Shown piece after piece: positions 19,573 through 30,222 of a stretch of 64,000 nt of DNA. Position 1 is the stretch's first letter. Each line of letters starts with the position of its first letter. The position numbers and the translations under genes were made by a program. Location of the stretch: positions 138,807 through 202,806 of the forward strand of contig CAVZME010000011.1 of the NCBI GenBank assembly GCA_963776385.1, written 5' to 3'. The notes under the pieces were generated by a model. It had not been told where the DNA came from. It saw only the letters and a list, made by a program, of their open reading frames with translations, and did not search any database. This DNA is from an uncultured Chloroflexia bacterium. GTDB lineage: Bacteria > Chloroflexota > Limnocylindria > Limnocylindrales > CSP1-4.

Positions 19573-20070
19573 TCAGGTCACCTCGTGGAGCCGGCCGGTG
19601 GCGACGTCGAAGACGAGGCCGTGGATCCTGTCGACCTTCAGCCATGGATGGTTGCGCAGGCGCTCGACCGAGGCGCGGATGCTCGCCTCCAGGTCATCGA
19701 ACGACCCGAGTGCGACCTCGAGGTCGACCCCGGTGTCCGCCGCGAGTCGGGCACGGATGGCGGCCTCGTCCGCGCCTAGGAGGCCGCAGCGGGTGTGGCC
19801 GATGACGACGATCTCGTCGGTGCCGAGCAGGTGCTCGCTGACGATGAGCGAGCGGATGACGTCATCGGTCGCGATGCCACCGGCGTTGCGGATGATGTGG
19901 GCGTCGCCCGTCCGCAGGCCGAGGGTCTCCTCGACATCGAGCCGGGCGTCCATGCAGGCGACGATCGCGAGACCGCGCAGCGGCGCTGCCGTCAATGCCG
20001 ACCGATCGAACGCCTCCGTGTAGCGCTCGTTCTCGGCAAGGATCCTGGCGTATTCGCCGATATCGCTCAC
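19573..20070 (-). CDS. beta-class carbonic anhydrase
   Basis: 165-aa ORF with zinc ligands in CMDARL (C-x-D-x-R) and GHTRCG (H-x-x-C). Confidence 0.85.
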   Translation of the reverse strand: MSDIGEYARILAENERYTEAFDRSALTAAPLRGLAIVACMDARLDVEETLGLRTGDAHIIRNAGGIATDDVIRSLIVSEHLLGTDEIVVIGHTRCGLLGADEAAIRARLAADTGVDLEVALGSFDDLEASIRASVERLRNHPWLKVDRIHGLVFDVATGRLHEVT

Positions 20071-20129
20071 GGGCCGGTCTGGCCGGCGGATCGGCCGCTA
20101 CCGGCAGGCGAGGGTCGCCGCATCGTTCG

Positions 20130-20634
20130 TCAGCCGCCTGGGCCGAACAGGAGCGTCAGCCAGCGCTCGAACGGACTCATCGAGGTCGGTGCGCCGAGGC
20201 GGACCGAGGCGGAACCCGGGGCGTTCGGGGGCAGCGACGGAGCACCGGCGGCGAGGCTGAACGACACCTCGTGGGGGCCGCCCAGGCCATAGCCTCGGGC
20301 CTGCTGGAGGACGTAGCGCCGATCGCCGATCCGCTCCAGCTCCCGTGCGAGAGCGGCCACCTCGTCGCGTCGCTGGTCGTTGGCGACGATCATCGCCTCG
20401 GCGCGGCCTGGTCGCCGCTGCCGCCTCGCTGACCTGGCGCGCGAAGACGATCACGATCCAGGCGACGAGGAGCGTGCCGAGCATGATCGCCATCCTCCGG
20501 CGCGTGAAGCCGACGATCGGGAGGGCAGCCAGGGTCGGCTCGGCCGGGCGACCGGCGGACGGATCCGCGGACGTGGTTCCGTCCACGTCGTCTGGGGCGT
20601 CATCGGTCGGGGTCGGGAGAAACCGGCGGAGCAT
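20130..20634 (-). CDS. FtsB/DivIC-like septum formation initiator; one apparent frameshift
   Basis: ATG 20634 (MLRRFLPTPTDD..) and TM helix IMLGTLLVAWIVIVFA are read from the tail of ORF 20098..22851. The coiled coil and ..DRRYVLQQARGYGLGGPHE.. come from ORF 20130..20393. Frame change near 20395-20410. Span 505 nt = 3n+1. Confidence 0.6.
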
Positions 20635-20771
20635 CGCGGCGAGGGTAGCTGAAGCGGGAGCTGCGGTGTCAACCCGGTGCAGTCGTGACACCCGACCTGT
20701 CACAGCGCACACGCACCGTCTGCTAGTATCGCGACGTTTCGAACGTCCGTTCGTTTCCAGAGGCAGCCGAC

Positions 20772-23075
20772 ATGCGTACCTATGCCCCCGCCGACACCGG
20801 CGCCGTCCTGGCCGGCCTGCTCGACGAGCCGTCGATCGCCCGTGGCGTCGTCCACCACGCGGTGCTGCCGGCCCGCCCGGCCGACTTCTCGATCGTTCCC
20901 GGACTGGCTCGACCCGCGGATCGTGGCGGGTCTGGAGGGTCGCGGGATCGTTCGGCCGTACACCCACCAGGCCGAGGCGATCGACGCGGTCCATGCGGGC
21001 GAGGACGTCGTCGTCGTCACCCCGACCGCGTCGGGCAAGTCGTTGTGCTACGCGATGCCGATCCTCCAGGCCATCGCCGAGGACCCAGCCGCGCGGGCGC
21101 TGCTCCTCTTCCCGACCAAGGCGCTCGGCCAGGACCAGGTCGCCGAGTTCGGCGAGCTGGCCAAGGCGAGCAACCTCCACGTCTCGGCCTCGACGTACGA
21201 CGGCGACACGCCCGCGCCGATCCGCTCGACGGTCCGGGCGGCCGGCCAGGTCGTGGTGACCAACCCGGACATGCTCCACTCTGCGATCCTCCCCCACCAC
21301 ACCAAGTGGTTCCAGCTCTTCGAACAGCTCAGGTTCATCGTCATCGACGAGCTGCACACGTATCGCGGGGTGTTCGGCAGTCACGTCGCGAACGTCCTGC
21401 GACGTCTGCTTCGGATCTGCGCCCATTACGGGAGCCATCCGGTCATCGTCTGCTGTTCGGCGACCATCGGGAACCCGGCCGAGCTGGCGATCGATGCTGA
21501 CCGCCCGCCCGGCGCGCCTCATCGACCGCAACGGCGCGCCGGCCGGCGAACGCCACGTCGTGCTCGTCGATCCGCCGATCCTGCACCCGGAGAGCGGGGC
21601 GCGCGGCTCCGCGGCGACGCTCGCCCAGCGCTGGGCGCTGCCGTTCCTGCGCGCCGGGCGGCAGACGATCGTCTTCGGGCGGTCGCGGGTCGCGGTCGAG
21701 ATCCTGCTGACCGGGTCTGCGCGAGTCCCTGCGCGAGAGCTACGGCCCGCGATCGCGTGTCCGCGGCTACCGCGGCGGTTACCTGCCGACCGAGCGGCGG
21801 GCCATCGAGCACGGGCTGCGCGACGGCGAGATCCTCGGGCGTCGTCGCCACCAACGCGCTCGAACTCGGTGTCGACATCGGCCGCCTCGACGTCTCGATC
21901 CTGGCGGGCTATCCGGGGTCGGTCGCGGCGACCTGGCAGCAGTTCGGGCGCGCCGGACGGCGACAGGGCACGAGCGTCGCGGTGCTCGTCGCGTCTGGCG
22001 CCGCCGTCGACCAGTACGTCATCCACCACCCGGAGTTCCTGCTCGAGGGGACACCGGAGGAGGCCCGCCTCGACCCGGACAATCTGCACGTCCTCCTCGC
22101 CCACCTGCGCGCCGCGACGTTCGAGCTGCCGTTCGAGCCGGGCGAGCGGTTCGGGCCAGCGCCGGCGGACGACCTGCTCGCGTTCCTCGCCGAGGAGGGC
22201 CACGTCCGCCAGGCGAGCGACGGCCGCTGGTACTGGTCGAGCGAGAACTTCCCGGCCTCGGAGATCTCGCTGCGGACGGCCGCCCCGGAGAACGTCGTGA
22301 TCATCGACACGACGCCCGACCGGCCGCGCGTCCTCGGCGAGGTCGACCTGTTCAGTGCCCAGGTCCTCGTCCACGAACGGGCCATCTACATCCACGAATC
22401 GATCCAGTACTACGTGGACCGGCTCGAGTGGCACGAGCGCAAGGCGTACGTCCACCGCGTCGATGTCGACCACTACACCTACGCCAACCGGGCGGTCACC
22501 CTCAAGCCGCTCGATGTCTTCGCCGACGCCCCGGCGATCGGTGGTCGGCGGATCCACGGCGAGGTCATGGTCGCGAGCCTCGTCACGCTGTTCAAGAAGC
22601 TCAAGTTCGTGACCGACGAGAACGTCGGCTGGGGGCCGATCGACCTCCCCGAACTCGAGCTCCAGACGACCGCCTACTGGCTGACCGCGGATGCGTCCCG
22701 CGGCGCGATGGCGGCGGGACGAACTCGACGTGGCGCTGCTCGGGGCCGGCCGGGCGATCCAGACCGTCGCGGCGATCGCGTTGATGGTCGACCCGCGCGA
22801 CCTCGGCCTCGTCACCCAGGTCCGCTCGCCCCACTCGGAGCAGCCGACCATCTACCTGTACGAGGCGGTCCCCGGTGGGATCGGCCTGTCCGAACGGCTG
22901 TGGGACCGCCACGACGGAGCTTCTCGCGGGCGCAGCCGACCTCATCGCGTCGTGTGGATGCGACGCCGGCTGCCCGGCCTGCACCGGCCCGCGGCTCGAG
23001 CCCGACGTGGATGCGCGCGCGCTCGCGTTGCGCCTGCTGGCCGAGCTCGGGGCGCCGATCGCGGCGGCCGCCTGA
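20772..23075 (+). pseudogene. MrfA/YprA-like DEXH-box helicase with C-terminal DUF1998 Cys cluster; six apparent +1 frameshifts
   Basis: Rebuilt from ORFs 20772..21500, 20782..23502, 21494..22300, 22691..23089 and 22875..23075. Motifs VVVTPTASGKSLCY, VIDELHTY, CCSATIGNP, ATNALELGVDIG, QQFGRAGRR, and a C-terminal Cys cluster ASCGCDAGCPACTG. Frame path 0>1>2>0>1>2>0, with changes near 20893, 21490, 21712, 21838, 22708 and 22915. Confidence 0.85.
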
Positions 23076-23085
23076 CGAGGCGGCC

Positions 23086-24488
23086 ATGATCGACAGCGCG
23101 GCGACCCTCGCCCGCCGGCTCGAGCGCTACCGGGCCGCGCTGCCGGCCGTCCTCCCGCCGGCCGCGATCGATGCCCGCGAGGGTCGGCGGCGCCGCCGAC
23201 CTCGCGACGCGGCTCGCGGCGGCCGTGGACGGCGAAGTCGTGATCAGCCCCGAGGGCCGGATCGTCCGCTGCGAGATCCCCGATCCGGGAGATCGCCGTC
23301 GACCGGGATCGGCTGGCGACACTGCCCGGCCAGCCGCCGCCCGACGTCCCGCTCGTCTGCCTCGACACCGAGACGACCGGTCTCGCGACGGCGGCCGGGA
23401 CCGCCGCGTTCCTCGTCGGTCTCGGCTGGTGGGAGGACGCCGACCGCTACCGGCAGGTGCAGCTGCTCCTTCCCGACCACGGGGAGGAACGCGCTCTCCT
23501 GACGGCGGTCGAGGCCGCGATCCCGGCCGACGCGTGGCTCGTCACCTACAACGGCCGTGGGTTCGACTGGCCGCTGCTCACGACGCGATTCCGATTGGCC
23601 CGCCGGCCCGCCCCGAGCCACGCCGGCCACCTGGATCTGCTGCCGGTGGTCCGACGCGTCTTCCGGCACCGGATGGTCGACGCCCGGCTGCGGACCGCGG
23701 AAGCGGTCCTCCTCGGCCTGCACAGGGTCGGTGACGTCGAGGGCTGGGAGATCCCGGGGCGATATCACGAGTTCCTGCGCGGCGGATCGGCCGCGCCGCT
23801 GGCCGAGGTCGCGCGGCACAACGATCAGGACGTCCGCTCGCTCGCCTGGCTCCTCGCCCACCTTGCCGACCGGTACGGCGACCCGGCCGAGCGGTCCGAG
23901 GCGCCGCCCGGCGACCTCGCCGGCCTCGCCCGCTCGTTCGCCCGCGAGCACCGGCTCGATGAGGCGCTCGGTTGCCTCGACGCGGCCGCGGACCGGCCGA
24001 TCGAGCGGACGGTCATGCCGACGCCGTCATCGGCACGCGGCCGCCGCAGGCACCCCGGACGACGCTCCCTGGTGGTCGCCGCGACGGCCGGCCGATTTCG
24101 GGGGCCGCCAGACGCCGCTCTCGACCGTCCTCGGTCGTCCCGAGCGGGGCCGCCCTTGCCGCGCCGTGGACGACCGAACGGATCGCCATCGACAGGGCGC
24201 ACCTGCTCCGCCGCCTCGGTCGTCACGCCGAGGCCGCGGAGGCGTGGGCCGCGCTGGCCGCCGGCGCCGGGCCGGATCGCGATCGTCGCCGCCATCGAAC
24301 TCGCCAAGATCCGGGAGCACCGCCTGCGTGATCGCCGGGCCGCCCTCGATGCGGTCGTTCGCGGTCTCGATGTGGTCGAGCGCCGCCGTCGTCTCGGTCG
24401 GCCGGAACCCGCCCTCGAAGCGGACCTCCTGCGGCGCGCGTCGCGCCTGCGCCGGCGGATCGGCCCGGTCAGCCGCGACGGCCGCTGA
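23086..24488 (+). pseudogene. MrfB/YprB-like RNase H-fold DEDDh exonuclease with helical (TPR-like) C-terminal region; at least four apparent frameshifts
   Basis: ATG 23086 is preceded by GAGG and lies 10 nt after the helicase stop. Exo motifs VCLDTETTGL, YNGRGFDWPLL, HNDQDVRSL. C-terminal helices ..RIAIDRAHLLRRLGRHAEAAEAWAALAAGAG.. and ..IELAKIREHRLRDRRAALDAV... Frame changes near 23168 and 23280, plus two or more between about 24000 and 24290 that I could not place exactly. Confidence 0.7.
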
Positions 24489-24496
24489 CCCGCCGG

Positions 24497-25462
24497 TCAC
24501 CCGGGCTCGATGGTCCCCACCTGCGAGACCTCGCTCGGGACGACGGCCCGACGGACCCGCTCGCGCGCCCGGCGGACGAGGACGGCCGCTCGATCGGGAA
24601 CGCCCGACAGACCCGGGCCCTCGACCGCGAGCGACCCGGCTGCGGCGGCGAAACGCAGGTCCGGCGACCGGCGCGATCGACGCCGCCCGACGATCGCCGG
24701 ACGCAGCACCGATGCGAGCAGCGCGGCAAGGAACGTGTCGCCCGCCCCGGTCGGATCGATCTCGCGGTCCGTCGCGGTCGGCAGGTAGCGGAGGATCTCG
24801 CTTGGACCGTCGTCCCCGACACGGATCAGCAGGCCGCCCTCGCTGCCCTCGGTGACCAGCAGGTCAGCGCCCGGCTGCAGGAATCCGGCGAGGGCCGCCA
24901 GGCTCGTCCCGCCTGCGACGTCGTGATGGCTGACACCCACGAGATCCGCCCGTCGCAGCAACGCCGACGGACCGGGGTCGCGCCGGACGACCCGCTGGCC
25001 GGCGGCGAGGTCGCGCAGGAAACCCTGCCAACCGATCGTCAGGAAGGTGGTCGCCGGGACGGCCGCGGCCCACGACTCGTCGATCTCGCCCGCGACCGGG
25101 ACGATCGACCAGGCGCGCGCGTCGCGCCACGTCGCCGGCAGGTCCCGTGGGCGCACCGGGAGGCCGACCGCGTGGCAGATCTGGACCCGCCCGGTCGGCG
25201 TCTCCTGGTTGTCGAACACCGGCGCCTCTGCAAGACGCTCGAGCGCGACGTCCACGCCCGCCGCGCGCAGGAGGTCGAGCTCGTGGGCGGTCGCAGCCAC
25301 GTCGTCGACCCCGATGAGGGCCGCCGTCCGCAACCCCAGTCGGGCGGTCGTCAACGCGGCGTACGTCACCCCGCCGCCCAGCCGCCAACCACGCGGGTCG
25401 TCGGGCGTCAGGTCGCGGCTCGCCGAGCCGACGTGCACCACCTCGATGGCGGGTCCGGACAT
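24497..25462 (-). CDS. PfkB-family carbohydrate/nucleoside kinase
   Basis: 321-aa single ORF with the ribokinase-family C-terminal signature ..IDPTGAGDTFLAALLAS... Confidence 0.8.
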   Translation of the reverse strand: MSGPAIEVVHVGSASRDLTPDDPRGWRLGGGVTYAALTTARLGLRTAALIGVDDVAATAHELDLLRAAGVDVALERLAEAPVFDNQETPTGRVQICHAVGLPVRPRDLPATWRDARAWSIVPVAGEIDESWAAAVPATTFLTIGWQGFLRDLAAGQRVVRRDPGPSALLRRADLVGVSHHDVAGGTSLAALAGFLQPGADLLVTEGSEGGLLIRVGDDGPSEILRYLPTATDREIDPTGAGDTFLAALLASVLRPAIVGRRRSRRSPDLRFAAAAGSLAVEGPGLSGVPDRAAVLVRRARERVRRAVVPSEVSQVGTIEPG

Positions 25463-25499
25463 CGTCTCCTCAGGGTTCGGGCTATCGGGGACCTGGTCG

Positions 25500-25505
25500 T
25501 ATACT
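25500..25505 (+). promoter_or_regulatory. candidate -10 box (TATACT) upstream of the acidic-protein gene
   Basis: TATACT lies 37 nt before GTG 25543, in the divergent gap to the PfkB gene. The -35 (TTCGGG, 18-nt spacer) is weak. Confidence 0.25.
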
Positions 25506-25542
25506 TGGCTGACCCCATCCGATCACACCACATGGAGTCCAC

Positions 25543-25932
25543 GTGTTCTTCTACGAGCTGCGAGAGGGCGACAACGAGGTCTTCGCCGAGGTCATCGTCG
25601 TCAGCGAATCCGAATGGGAGCCGGAGGAGTTCTTCGAGCTCGTCCAGTCGATCCGGCGTCGGATCGTGGACACCTTCGCCCACGATACCCTCAGCGAGGC
25701 GATCGCCGTCGAGCTCGAGCGCGAGCACGGCTTCATCTACGTCAGCGACGACAGCCTCGTCGCCTCGGTCAACATCAGCACCGACGAGGACGAGAACTTC
25801 CTCGCCCGGACGTCGGTCGAGCTCGCCGACGCCGACGAGGACGATGATGATGACGACGACGACGAGGCCGACGAGGACGTCGACTACAAGGCGGTCATCG
25901 TCGAGCTCGACCCGAGCCTTCGCCTCAACTGA
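25543..25932 (+). CDS. small highly acidic hypothetical protein
   Basis: 129 aa from GTG 25543. GC3-rich codon usage like the neighbours. Asp/Glu-rich, with the run DADEDDDDDDDDEADED near the C-terminus. No family recognised. Confidence 0.6.
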   Translation: MFFYELREGDNEVFAEVIVVSESEWEPEEFFELVQSIRRRIVDTFAHDTLSEAIAVELEREHGFIYVSDDSLVASVNISTDEDENFLARTSVELADADEDDDDDDDDEADEDVDYKAVIVELDPSLRLN

Positions 25933-25947
25933 CCGGCGGTCGTCCGC

Positions 25948-27051
25948 TCAGCGCGAGAACAGGATCTCGAGCACGTCGCCGTCGCGGACGCGATACGTCT
26001 TCCCCTCCGAGCGGAGCCGGCCGGCCTTGCGGGCCTCGGCCATCGATCCGAGCGTGATCAGGTCCTCGTAGGCGACCGTCTCGGCGCGGATGAAGCCCTT
26101 CGCGAGGTCCGTGTGGATGGCACCGGCGGCGTCGACCGCGGTCGACCCATCGGGGATCGGCCAGGCGCGGACCTCGTCCGGCCCGGCCGTCAGGAACGAG
26201 ATGAGCCCGAGCAGGCGATAGGACAGGTCGATGACCCGGCCGAGGCCGGATTCCGCGATGCCGAGCTCCTCCATGAAGACCGCGGCCTCGTCGGGCTCGA
26301 GCTCGCCGAGCTCCATCTCGATCTTGGCCGACAGGGCCTCGACCAGCGCGTGCTGGTGGTCATACATCGCGCGAGTCGAGGCAACCAGCTCGGGCGCCAC
26401 GGCGATGTCGCCCTCACCGACGTTGAGCAGGACCAGCACCGGTTTCTGGGTCAGGAATCGGAAGCCCCGGATGGCCTTCTCGTCGTCCGGGTCGAGGGCC
26501 AGGTCGCGGATCGGCGAGCCGCCCTCGAGGCCGGCGTGGATCCGGCGAAGCACTGCGTCCTCACGCTCGGCGGCTTCGCGCTCGGCCGGGTTGCCATGCC
26601 TGGCGCTCGTCTTGAGCCGCTCGATCCGGCGCTCGGCCATGGACAGGTCCGCGAGCAGGAATTCGAGGTCGAGTCGCTCCATGTCGCGGGCCGCGTCGAC
26701 GCTCCCGTCGGGGTGTGGATTGGCCGGGTCCTCGAACGCCCGGACGACATGGAGCAACGCGTCCGAATCGCGAAGCCGCGCCAGGTGGTCGGGCGGCAGT
26801 TCCTCGGTGCCGATGTGGCCCTCGGTCGAGGGCGGCGGGGCCGGAAGGTCGGCGTATGTGACGTCGGCGTGGATGATCTTCTTCGGCTTGAAGATGCCGG
26901 CCAGCGTGTCGAGCCGGTCATCGGGGACCTTGACGACGCCGACGTTGAGGGTCACGCCGCCGTAGCCGCCGGTCTCGGCGTGGCCGCGGGTCAGCGTGTT
27001 GAAGACGGTGGTCTTGCCCGACCCGGCGAGGCCGACGATGGCGATCTGCAT
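25948..27051 (-). CDS. ychF: ribosome-binding ATPase YchF
   Basis: ATG 27051 gives MQIAIVGLAGSGKTT (G1 motif). 367 aa with a helical insert and a C-terminal TGS-like ..GKTYRVRDGDVLEILFSR. The track start at 27156 adds junk residues. Confidence 0.9.
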   Translation of the reverse strand: MQIAIVGLAGSGKTTVFNTLTRGHAETGGYGGVTLNVGVVKVPDDRLDTLAGIFKPKKIIHADVTYADLPAPPPSTEGHIGTEELPPDHLARLRDSDALLHVVRAFEDPANPHPDGSVDAARDMERLDLEFLLADLSMAERRIERLKTSARHGNPAEREAAEREDAVLRRIHAGLEGGSPIRDLALDPDDEKAIRGFRFLTQKPVLVLLNVGEGDIAVAPELVASTRAMYDHQHALVEALSAKIEMELGELEPDEAAVFMEELGIAESGLGRVIDLSYRLLGLISFLTAGPDEVRAWPIPDGSTAVDAAGAIHTDLAKGFIRAETVAYEDLITLGSMAEARKAGRLRSEGKTYRVRDGDVLEILFSR

Positions 27052-27070
27052 GGACCGATCGTCGCAGAGA

Positions 27071-27988
27071 TCAGTAACCGGCGCTCGGGTCCACCACATT
27101 GAGCAGCGGCTCGCGGGTCGCGAAGCGCCGGAGGTTGTCGCAGAACAACTCGACACTGCGATCGAGGACGCGGCCGCTCGACCAGGCCGTGTGCGGCGTG
27201 ACGATGACGTTCGGGCGGTCGTAGAACGGCGACGTGGCGGCGAGCGGCTCGTCGCTGAACGTGTCGAGGACGGCGCCGCCGAGTTGACCGTGCTCGAGCG
27301 CCCGGAGCAGCGCGCGCTCGTCGATCAGCCGGCCGCGGGCGACGTTGATGAGCCAGGCGCCGGGCTTGACCATCGCGAGCGTCTCCTCGTTGATCATCCG
27401 GTCGGTGTCCGGCGTGAGGGGCGCGGCGAGCACGATGAAGTCCGACTCGGCAAGGAGGTCCGGGAGGGTCTCGGGGCCGCCGACGCGGTCGAGCATGACC
27501 TCGCCGAGCGGCCGCGCCTCGTCCTCGCTGTGCGTCGGGGCCGAACCGGCATCGCCCCGTCGTCGGACCGCGACGACGCGACAGCCGAACGCCGTCGCGA
27601 GCGCGCCCACGGACCGGCCGATCGACCCGAGACCGACGATGCCGACCGTCACGTCACGGAGTTCGGCGCCCTCGAGTGGCTGCCACGTCCGTTCGCGCTG
27701 CAGCTCGAGCAGCTGTGGGAGCCGGCGGCTGACCGCGAGGATCATCATCAGGACGTACTCGGCGATCGGACGGCTGAAGACGCCGCGGGCGTTGGTGACG
27801 ACGATCCCCCGCTCCAGGGAAGCGGGCGTCAGCGCTCGCTCGACCCCCGATGTGGCCGAGTGCACCCACGTCAGCCGCGGGGCACGAGTCAGGATGCGGT
27901 CGAAGGCGTCCGAGCTGAGCCAGCCCCGGAGCATCACCTCGACGTCGTCGAGCGGCCCGTCGGCCAGCCCTTCGACCGACACGGTCAC
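27071..27988 (-). CDS. D-isomer-specific 2-hydroxyacid dehydrogenase (NAD-binding)
   Basis: Motifs VGIVGLGSIGRSVG, ..LINVARGRLIDE.., ..VTPHTAWSS... The frame stays open and protein-like upstream (..IALSPILSARYRSRDLERIRAAAPGATI..). An ATG at 28136 overlaps the upstream stop (ATGA) one frame away. The true start is therefore probably 28136 with one extra inserted base (27071..28136 = 1066 nt = 3n+1). Confidence 0.85.
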   Translation of the reverse strand: MTVSVEGLADGPLDDVEVMLRGWLSSDAFDRILTRAPRLTWVHSATSGVERALTPASLERGIVVTNARGVFSRPIAEYVLMMILAVSRRLPQLLELQRERTWQPLEGAELRDVTVGIVGLGSIGRSVGALATAFGCRVVAVRRRGDAGSAPTHSEDEARPLGEVMLDRVGGPETLPDLLAESDFIVLAAPLTPDTDRMINEETLAMVKPGAWLINVARGRLIDERALLRALEHGQLGGAVLDTFSDEPLAATSPFYDRPNVIVTPHTAWSSGRVLDRSVELFCDNLRRFATREPLLNVVDPSAGY

Positions 27989-28132
27989 GATCGTCGCGCC
28001 CGGAGCCGCGGCGCGGATCCGTTCGAGGTCCCGCGACCGATAGCGGGCCGACAGGATCGGGCTGAGCGCGATGGCTGTCGGCGCGCCGCCCGGCCCGGAA
28101 CCGGGACCCGCTCGGTCGCGCTCGACGCCAGC

Positions 28133-29369
28133 TCATGCCGGCGTGCGGTCCGCGGCGACCGTGCCGTCGAGGACCCGGGCGATCCAGAGGGCCGGGGTCT
28201 CGATCTCGCCGTCCCGCGGCAACGTTTCGGGTCCGGTCCACAGCCGTGCCAGGGCCGCCGGTCCGCGCGCCTCGGCGATCGCCCGGACGAATCGCTCGCC
28301 CTTCTTGTACTGCTCGATCTTGAGGTCCATCCCGGTCAGGCGAAGGATGGATCGCTCGAATGGTGTCCGCTTCGTCCGGCGCTCGTGGAACCGCGCGCTG
28401 ATCCGCTCGACATCAGGCACGAGCTCGCGGCCGACCTCGTCCATGACGTAGTCGCTGAAGCCCTCGAGCAGGCTCATCACGGCCTGCGTCTCGCGGAAGA
28501 GGGCCTTCTGTTCGGGACCCATCATCCGTTCGATCCAGTGCTCCCCGCCGGCCTCGCCCCGGAGCGACCGGCCGAGGCCCTTGGCGACCTCGCGGCCAAG
28601 CCCCCGGGCGTCCTTGCCGAACAAGGTCAGCTGGCGCTCGAGACGTTCGGCGAGATACGGCCGGAGCCAGGGATGGGCCTCGAATTCGAATGCGTGCGTC
28701 GTCTCGTGGAGCGCGATCCAGGTCCGGAACGGATCGAGCGGCACGTTCAGGGCGCGGGCCGTCGCGCGGATGTTCTCTTCGACGAACAGCAGCCGACCCG
28801 GCGCCGCCTCGGTGGACAGCAATGCGAGATCGTACTGACCCAGGACACGGCTGCCCATGAACCCCAGCAGGAAGCCAAGCTGGCGGGTCGTCACCCAGCG
28901 GTTGGCGAGGGCCATGGTCGCCTTGGCGAGCCCGCCCCCGGGCGGGATCACCTGGTCGAGCAGGTCCGCCTCGATCTTGCCCATGAGCGAGCGGAACGAG
29001 CCCGTGTTGGCGCGGACCCAGCCCGCCCGATCGACCACTCCGGACCGTTCCACGACGCCCGGCAGCGGGCTGCCCAGGGCAGCCGACAGCGCCGGGACGA
29101 TTCGCACCATCGCTGCGGCGTAGGCGGGTTCCGCGGCGGCAAGCTCGTCCGCCGTCAGGGTGCCGCGTGCCGAGCGCAGCCGGCCGATCGGCGATGCGCT
29201 CGACCTCCGGCCAGTCGACGAGACCGCCCTGTCGCGCCGTCCGCTCCGCGTGGCGGCCAGCGACGGTCGCGGCCGCGCCAAGGGCGGACCCGAGGAGGAA
29301 GCCCGCCTGCCAGACGCGGTCGTCGCGCCATGACGGCCGGCGGTCCGATCGCCCGCTCGATGCGGTCAT
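28133..29369 (-). CDS. DUF2342-type zinc metalloprotease (HExxH); one apparent frameshift
   Basis: ATG 29369 overlaps the murI stop (ATGA). The N-part [49 protein letters not shown] is read in the 28413..30215 frame, and the rest is ORF 28133..29281. Zinc motif LHETTHAFEFE. Frame change near 29188-29200. Span 1237 nt = 3n+1. Confidence 0.75.
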
Positions 29370-30215
29370 CGAGCGGCCACCGCGAGGTCGATCCGTTCGA
29401 CATCCGGGAAGGCCGACCCGAATAGCCGGCTGGCGAGCGCATGGAACGTGTCCGGGTCGCCCGTCGTCAGCTGCGACGATGCGTCGCAGCGCCGGGCGCC
29501 GGGTCCTCCGCCCACGGGTCGCGCGACCGCAACCCGTTGACGTCGAGCAGCTCGGCCAGGGCCGACGCGGTCGCCGTCGCCGAGTCGACGATCGCGACCT
29601 GCGGCCCGGCAAGCGCCGCGATGATCGGGCGGAGCAGCGGGTAATGGGTGCAGCCGAGGAGCAGCGTGTCGATCGGCGTGTCCGCTGGGCCCGAACAGGG
29701 GCGCGAGCGCATCGGCGACGGCCGCCTCGGCGGTCGGTCCCGGACAGGTCGCCGGCCTCGACGAACGGAACGAGGGTCGGCGTCGCGTGCTCGATGACCC
29801 GGACGCCGGGATCCTCATCGTTGATCGCCCGGAGGTAGGCGTGCGAGCGGATGGTCGCCGGCGTCGCGATCACCCCGACCTGGCCGTCGCGCGTGGCGAG
29901 GGCGGCGGCGGTCGCCCCGGGCCGGATGACGCCGAGGATCGGGATGTCGTAGCGGCGTCGCAGCGCGACGATGCCGACCGCCGTGGAGGTGTTGCAGGCG
30001 ACCACGATGGCCTTGACGTCGCGATCCGCCAGGCGGTCGAGACACTCGGTCGAGAAGGCGAGGACCTCGTCGTCGGAGCGGACGCCATACGGGGCGCGGG
30101 CGTTGTCACCGAGGTAGATGGTCGATTCGGCGGGCGACCGGCGGACGATCTCGCGCAGGACCGTCAGCCCGCCCACCCCGGAGTCGAAGACCCCGATCGG
30201 GCGTCGATCGGCCAT
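29366..30215 (-). CDS. murI: glutamate racemase; three apparent frameshifts
   Basis: Rebuilt from ORFs 28413..30215 (N-part), 29366..29818 and 29467..29712. Motifs [24 protein letters not shown]. Frame changes near 29745 (+1), 29695 (+1) and 29480 (-1). Span 850 nt = 3n+1. Confidence 0.85.
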
Positions 30216-30222
30216 CGGGGAC

